DNA of 64,000 bases. It comes from Oikopleura dioica (Eukaryota; Animalia; Chordata). A model generated the notes under the pieces. It saw only the letters and a list, made by a program, of their open reading frames with translations. It had not been told where the DNA came from and did not search any database. Shown here in pieces: positions 57,121 through 64,000 of this stretch; position 1 is the first letter of the stretch; the number at the start of each line of letters is the position of its first letter. The stretch lies in the NCBI GenBank assembly GCA_907165135.1, contig OU015566.1:12276001-12340000 (forward strand), written 5' to 3'. The position numbers were made by a program, and so were the translations under genes.

Positions 57121-57544
57121 CCTTCTTTCTGCGAATAAACTCGAATTGAACTCTAACTCTCGTCGTGTGGTAGACCAAGAATTGAAACTGTGTGCATAGC
57201 TGGCGTCGGTGTAAAATAAAATTTCCGACTGCCAACCATTCAGACAGTTCTTATTCTTGATCTCAAATCGTGTCTGTGTCTGGGTGACTGTCTGTTTTGT
57301 TCCTTGCTCCCCAGAAGGGATGAAAGGAATGATACTGAATCTGTCGAGCTTGCAATAAGCGAGGACTGTCGTTGGCGCCGAAACTGCGCCGGGTGGTGGC
57401 GCCACTCATTGGAACGTGTCCAGCGCATAGACAAAAGAGAATCGATAGAGGAACAGATGCCACCTACGAATCGATTGGCAGCTGCTCCAAATCGTTTTTT
57501 GCAAAAATATCGATATATTAAAATATAATTTTCAAGTATTCGTT

Positions 57545-59734
57545 CAAGTATAAAAATAAATGTGTTTGTGTTCAATATTATGGCATGGTGATAGTAAAGT
57601 CGCATCATCGAAATTTGGGCAAGTGAAATCATAATTTCGCAACTGCGGATAATCTAGCTTTAGACGGGATTCATTTCGCTTTTCATTTTCGAGTTTTGAC
57701 TGGATTTTATGATCGGAGCTCCTAGCACGCCGCTCTTGTGCATTCTGCTCTCGTGAAGAAGCTTTTCTTGGCGACTGAAAAAAAGATGTTTAGGGTTGAA
57801 TAGAAGGGCAGAAGTTTACCTTTGAAATCGAAGACTAGACAAGTCTTTAGCCCTCAAAGGCTTTGTATTAAGATCCACAAGTTTTCTAGCGTCTTTGAGT
57901 CCAAAGTTTTGCGGCATTGCATCTGCCTTGAGCGGTGGAAGATCCTTTGCATCACCTGCTTCTGTCTCTGGTCGCCCAATAATCTCTGTTGCCGACGTTT
58001 TCTGTAACTGCTTTGGTCGAATACTGAAAAAATATTCATAAAAACTAGAATTCTAGAAAAATGAGCCATTCCAATTTGAGATTTCCAAGAAAACTTACTC
58101 TTTTTTCCTCGTTGATCGGACAAGCACTTTTTTGACTGGATTTTCATCCTCTCTCAGGCTAAGATCAGAAATAGAAGTCGTTGCGGATATGATTCCAGAG
58201 TCGGCTTCGGAGTAATCGTCAAGTTTCAAAACATTCACTTCACTTGAACTTGCTCTGCTCAGCGCTGATTGCTGTCGATTTTTGAGCTCATCTAGAGTTT
58301 TCTGGATGTCTTCCGGAGTTACGGGAGTCTTATTCTGAGAATTTGCAGAACTTGGTCTCACTCTGGTTCGACCCTAAAATCGTTGGTAAAAACCATCCTT
58401 TCCGTGAAATCAAACCTGCAAGAGCCCCCTGTGACCTTGACGAATTCCGCCACTGGTGAGTGAAGAAGCAGACCCTGGCCGTGGCCCGATCGTATCGTCA
58501 ACGGAAAACTCGACTTTGAAGTTATTGATCGCAGTTCTAAAACGATCACTTTTGCGATGGTAATCACATTATTGCTACAGACTTTTTCCACTAGTATCGA
58601 TTCTTGCACACATACATAACCATATGCTTTCGTTATCTAATTAAGTCCAAAAGTAGACTTAACTAAAATGCAGATTCTTACCTGGGCCGGCTGGCAGACG
58701 GCGACTGGGGCGTCAGTTTTCCTGTTTTTGGGCGAATTCCAATCGCGGTAAACGGTCGCGAGAGTGGCTCGCTCGCAAGCAGCTCATCCTCGTCCTGAAA
58801 ATTACCATCTGGCGAGTGGGTAAAATCAATTATCGAAGAAACTTTTGAACCTTCTCCACCGAAAATTATCACCCGCAATGATTGATTAGCTCTTGTTCCG
58901 TAATTATCGAAGTAGAAGAAGATTTTTTAAAGCAAGTTCACAAAGAAATTCCTTCAGGAAGTTTCATCTCTTATCTATCCAAAAAAAGTAAAAATCGCTA
59001 CTCCGGAAAATCCGGATATTCAACGTACCAGAACGCCTTCAGCACAAAGCTCTTTGATGAAATTGACATCTGATAACTCGTCGAGAAAAGGCTCATCAGA
59101 GGGTGAATCATCCTCAATTGTACAGCTCTTCGGAAGGCGATTCGTCAAAAGCTTCCGGTAATCTGCCAGCTTTGAAAGAGGCGAGCCGGAAAGATTCACG
59201 TGTCGTAGATTTGGGCACAGAGACAGGAATTTTAGCTCAAGTGCTGAATAGTCCTAGTAAGAAACTGGAAGTATGAAATAACCTACCTGAATCAACATAG
59301 TTTCCTTCCATATCCAACACTTCCAGGTTCGAGCAAAATGCCAACGGCCCCAGCTCTTGAATTTGATTGTACGAAACGAACAGTTCTGTCAAATTTGGCA
59401 ATCCAGAAGTCCCGTCTAAAGTTTCCATTCCCACTGCGTGTGCCCATAATATTTTTAGACTTTTGCAACTTCCGAGTTTTCGTAAATTTGGGAGGAATGA
59501 TGGCGGTTCGAGTTTCAACTCGACCAGATTTGGTAGGAATTGGGACAGGTCTGATATTGAATTGGAATCTGTGTCTAAACAAGAGCTAGAAAAGTGTTCC
59601 TGAATAAGAAACATACCAAGAGGGAAGGCTACTTTCTCTACTGTATCAAGATTTTTTTCTTCTGTAATTTGCTCTAGCCTCTGTCGCGTGAGCTTATTTC
59701 CGACCTCAACCCCTCCAAGCCCTTCCGAATTCAT
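57545..59734 (-). CDS. LRRC56: Leucine-rich repeat protein 56 (ciliary); C-terminal end approximate
   Basis: LPNLVELKL...LKILWAHAVGMETLDGTSGLPNLTELFVSYNQIQELGPLAFCSNLEVLDMEGN matches LRRC56; low-complexity downstream exons. Confidence 0.8.
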
Positions 59735-59806
59735 CTCTGAAATTTTCAGCGTTAAATTTTTTTGTCTCTTCACAATTTAAAATGGCAGTTTTTTTGGGAA
59801 ATGGTT

Positions 59807-60917
59807 CTAATCTGAGTCTGAATCACTTGACGACTCGCTTTCGGACTTGTGGACTTCTGTGGTGTCAGTTTTTTCGTGGAGGACGATGTACTCGCGCGTT
59901 GAAAAGCCGAACTTGAGCATGTCTTGTTCTTTGAGCTCGTAATATCTAGAATTTCTTTGAAAAACGGAAAAGGAGAGATGGCGTTGAGAACCTTCTTGGT
60001 TGAATCTTTTCGTTGTTGAGATAAGTTCCATTCGCCGATTCAAGATCAATGATATAAGGGCGGACAGAAAGAACTGTTCGTCCACTGGGTTTTGTGATCT
60101 TGACAGCGCGGAACTGGAGAGCGGCGTGTTGACGCGAGCAAGAGGGGTGTTCAACGGGGATTTCACAGATATCAGCAAGTTTTCCAATCAGATACGCAGA
60201 TTGTCGATGGAGATAGATCACCTATGTTTTGCTAAAGACAGGGAGTTACAGAGATCTTACCTTCAGTGCTTCCTCCCCTTTGAAAGGATACAATCGCCAC
60301 CTTTTCTTTGGAATTTTAGCCTCTGGCGGCTCAGAATATTTTATCACAACTCCCTAAAGAACGCGCTTTATTTACTTTATCACTTCTCTGTTTGAATAAT
60401 GACCTTATAAGTGTTAGTTTCCGCAGTAAGGGCTCCGGAAAGTCCAAGATCAGGCTTTTGTTTCGGTTTTGAAGACTTGTCTCCTTCTTTGTCATTGCTC
60501 CGAAGGCCCCATTGTTGCTCGTCATTAGTATCGCCGCGCAGTGCGTCAGCGAAAACATTCTGAGAGCTTCCGCCCGGCGAGTCCGGCTCTCTTTTCATCG
60601 CCTAATGAATAAAGAGTCACTTCAGAGTTCTGGCAGATCGGGTTTTTCACCTCATTTTTAACATCTCTGTCTCCGCGCTGGAAATGATTTCGCCGTTCTC
60701 GCGCACGCTCCTGTCTTCTATCAAATTCTTCCTCAGTTTTAACCTCCTTCTTGATATCAGGAGATCTCTCTCGTCGGCGCTCTCTTGACCTGGATCGTCT
60801 TCTTTCCCGGGAACGATCGCGCCTTCTATCACGTGATCGCGAACGGGACCGAGATCTGGATCTTCGACGCCTTCTCTCCCGAGATCTTGAGCGAGATCGT
60901 TCTCTTTCTCGACCCAT
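59807..60917 (-). CDS. SNIP1: Smad nuclear-interacting protein 1 (RS region and FHA domain; RES complex)
   Basis: RS repeats; KPDLGLSGALTAETN; IKYSEPPEAKIPKKRWRLYPFK; HPSCSRQHAALQFR; PYIIDLESANGTYLN; LKFGFSTREY. Confidence 0.95.
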
Positions 60918-61284
60918 CTGATGCAAATTACAAATTAACAATTGTGTCGGAATGACATTAGCCGTATGAATGTAGAAATGAACTTTTAAAAGAAGAGATA
61001 AAGATAATAAATGATATCGAATTCAAGAGATAAAGAAGGAGGTCCTGAGTTCAGGAATAAACTCTTTTTGTTCCACTTAAAAATGTTTCAGTCGCGAGGA
61101 ATTTTTATGAAGAATAAGTAAATAATCGGTAGAAAAGATAAGAGTCGGCCGAACCATTTTTTTCAATTGCACATGTTTTTCCGGTAAAAATAAAAACGAA
61201 GAGGGGATGAAGAGGGATCAGTAAGTGGTTGATGAATTATTTTGTATTTCGAAAGCGAGTTTTTGATTGTTTAAATTCGCCATT

Positions 61285-64000
61285 TTATTTTTGGTGAATG
61301 ATAGCGCGCAACGTTTTTTCTGCCTCAATTCGAATGTCTGTCTGTTTTTCGAAAAATTCGCGGATGTGATCTTCTTGAAACAGAATGGCCTCCATTTGCG
61401 AGTACTTCAGGGTCCATTCTTTGTTTTCCGAGCAATCTTCAAAATGATTAAAACAGTAATTTTAAAGCAGGCGGTACCAGAATGATCAATAATTTCCGCC
61501 TCATCAGAATCTTGATTTCCTTCCTTACTTTCGTCTTCCTTGCTTCCCTGTTCATCCTTCTTTTCGATCGAAGCATGATGTTTTCGCTTTGCTTCACCAA
61601 GTTCTGTCATTAGCGAGATTGCATGTGCCAATTCTGTCCGCTCCGTCTGTCCCGTCCCGTTGCTTGAAACGTCGCCAAAAAGCTATCAGGTTTAATAATT
61701 CATGCGTTTTATAAATTACAACGAAATTCGTCGCTTTTAGCGTAATCGTCACGCGAAACAGCTTTACCTTGTAAATGAGCAGGTTGAAAGCTGTGAACTC
61801 GTCATAATTGAATGTTGTGGGCGTTTCATGGAAGTACGACTCTTTGTTAATTTCAAGATTCGCCAGATCATCGGCAAGAACCGCGGAAGCATCTCCACTA
61901 GGGCCAACGATCTCTAAAATTTTTTCACAAAATATTTCCTTGCTGAAAAAGTACCTAATGAATCGGGTCTCGATTCAAGATGCTTAACGCCAGCCCATGA
62001 TCCAGAGGTCTTCATTGGATCAACATCAGCTGCACCTCCACCAAGTAAGTTGCCAATCGGACGGGTAGGAGCTTCTACTTCGGGGAAGAAGTCTTCTTTG
62101 AGCACAACTTTTGCGACAACTTCTGTAGATGAAGTTAGAGAGCCAGATTGTCCATTGTCGTCGCATGAAACAAGGCAGTAGCTGTCTTTTGGAGTTGTTT
62201 TTACTGCAGGAGGCTTTTGGCAGCGAGCAATTACGCGAAGTCGATCAGAGCTTGTTCCGCGGCAGAGTTCCCCGAATGTACTACATGCATCTTCAAATGA
62301 TACAAATCCCTTTGAGTCTTTCTTGAGAAGCTTCCATATCCTGCTGCAGATTTCATCACCTAAACATTCAAACTAAGAGAATGTGGTCAAAGGGTCCACT
62401 CATGCTACTGATAAGATTTTGCCCTTCCGCGCCATTTTGGCGGTTGTTTGTATTTCTGATAACAATTGTGTTCGGGCTCAATTCATTCTGATTGTAACAA
62501 ATTTACATGAAGATGTCTTTTTTAAAGCTTTTTACGAAAAAGAAAAATGAAATTTCAAAGAGACTTGATGAGTTCAACTCGATGGTAGCCGATGAAAAAT
62601 ACGAAAAAGAAGACATGATTGCTTCTGCTCAAAATGAAATAAAAAAACACAAGGCGAAGATGAGCAACGATAATAAAGACGCAGCAATCATCGCCAGAGA
62701 TATCAAAGACATCACTAATGAAATTGAGTTCTTTGAGGAAAAAATCGCTGAAGGAAAGCAAGCAAAAGCCTCCGCGGAAATAGCTCTCAACGCGAAAACC
62801 ATTCAAATTGCCGAAAATGATCGAATCCTTGAGGAATTAGAAGCGAATCTCCAAAAACGAAAGGAAGAAAAGGTAAAGCTTGATGACGATATGATTGAAC
62901 GATTGAAAAATCTGGAGGTGAAACAAAAAGAAAATGATGATGTCCCGGAATGCCCCGTATGTTTCAATGCTTACAATGATGGGGAGAACCAGCTCGCCTC
63001 GGCACGATGCGGCCATATGTTCTGCAATGCTTGCATTCGAAAATTAGTGCAGGATGGGAAAAACTGCTCGATGTGCGACAAGAAAATTGAAGCTTGCGAT
63101 GTTCGACGACATTTTATGTTCACATAAATTTTATCCATTGCAATTTCGTCGTTAGGAATAAAATCAATAAATCAAAAACATACCGACCAATCCTTTACCA
63201 AATGGCAAAAGTTCTTTGCCAAGGCTCATCCATAGAGGTCGATCGATGCGAAATTGTGCTTCAGCAGGTTTTTCAGGATCAAACAAGCAGTCTCTTATTT
63301 CTTCGTCATGATATCTTCTACTCATAGCTTCTTCCCGAATAAGCCTGTAAAGCGCTTCGATTTCTTCATATGCAAGCTACAGAAATTAAGTAAAGCATTC
63401 AAATTCAAAGAGGTACCTTCGTAGTGACTCTTCTGCAAGCAGATCTCATCGTGTTATTCTCAAGATCTCTGATAACTCGAAGTCGCTGATCCATTCTTAG
63501 TTTCTCAATCGAATCTGCAGAAATTAGCGAGTAGTGTTGGTAAGCATGTCGGATGAGTTGCGATATCTCCTGGCCAGTTCCAGCTCTTGAATTGAGGACA
63601 TCTTTTGGTGCAGTCTGGTGGCTTTTCGGGGCTGCTTCTCGTGAGAAAACAGACTCAAGATATCCAGAAAGCAGGAGCATGATTTCTCCTTCATCTCTGC
63701 AATCCAAAAGCTAAGAGCGTTACGAAAGTGTATTAGAATAGAAATGTACCTTCTGTTCGTTTTCGCGAAGTATAGCAAGTGCTACTCTGAATATGACAAC
63801 TGCACCATCAAGAAAGAAAGCATCGACAATCATTGTCGCTGCGTGAAAGGGCATTGAAGACAAGAAAATTGTAAGGAACCATGGAAGCGTCAAAGTGTCT
63901 ACTACAGATAATTCTGCCAGACGACCGTGAATTTTTGGTAAGTGCTAAAAATCTTACAAACTTTGACTCTCAAAATAGAACCGACCTGTTTGACAAGTCC
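61285..64000 (-). CDS. TBC1D9: TBC1D8/9-family Rab GAP (TBC and EF-hand; 5' part outside the window)
   Basis: LTLPWFLTIFLSSMPF...IVDAFFLDGAVVIFRVALAIL; LDCRDEGEIMLLLSGYLESV; DQRLRVIRDLE; EF-hand IWKLLKKDSKGFVSFED; WTLKYSQMEA. Confidence 0.9.
62507..63127 (+). CDS. Intronless coiled-coil plus C3HC4 RING finger protein, nested antisense in a TBC1D9 intron
   Basis: 206-aa ORF; CPVC...CGHMFCNAC...CSMC; AATAAA signals at about 63157 and 63166. Confidence 0.85.
   Translation: MKMSFLKLFTKKKNEISKRLDEFNSMVADEKYEKEDMIASAQNEIKKHKAKMSNDNKDAAIIARDIKDITNEIEFFEEKIAEGKQAKASAEIALNAKTIQIAENDRILEELEANLQKRKEEKVKLDDDMIERLKNLEVKQKENDDVPECPVCFNAYNDGENQLASARCGHMFCNACIRKLVQDGKNCSMCDKKIEACDVRRHFMFT

Overview
Eukaryotic, very gene-dense animal DNA: about 28 spliced genes in 64 kb, mostly 35-55 nt introns, intergenic gaps as short as 40-200 nt, and chordate-like orthologues. 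These traits point to the larvacean tunicate Oikopleura dioica (inference from genome architecture). All identifiable genes from 764 to 42619 are on the + strand: CCNH, USP8, an orphan, GALNT7, PAM16, MFSD13A, ARHGEF7/PIX, SUZ12, MRPL22, SPECC1, AAK1, a lipase, CHAF1A, an acidic protein, TTC28 and RAB1. After that come a minus-strand SLC5A7-GPCR pair, a secreted EGF-ZP protein, a claudin-like gene, an F-box-like orphan, syntenin, and a minus-strand TBC1D9-SNIP1-LRRC56 array. Main surprises: (1) three different MITEs within 7 kb, one inserted inside a SUZ12 coding exon with a perfect 8-bp TSD; (2) a discrete 16-bp motif, YTGAAATCAASGAAGA, present 7 times, in both orientations and only in non-coding DNA; (3) an intronless coiled-coil/RING gene nested antisense in a TBC1D9 intron. 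Gene names come from my recall of family sequences, not from database searches. Gene spans include introns and some ends are approximate.
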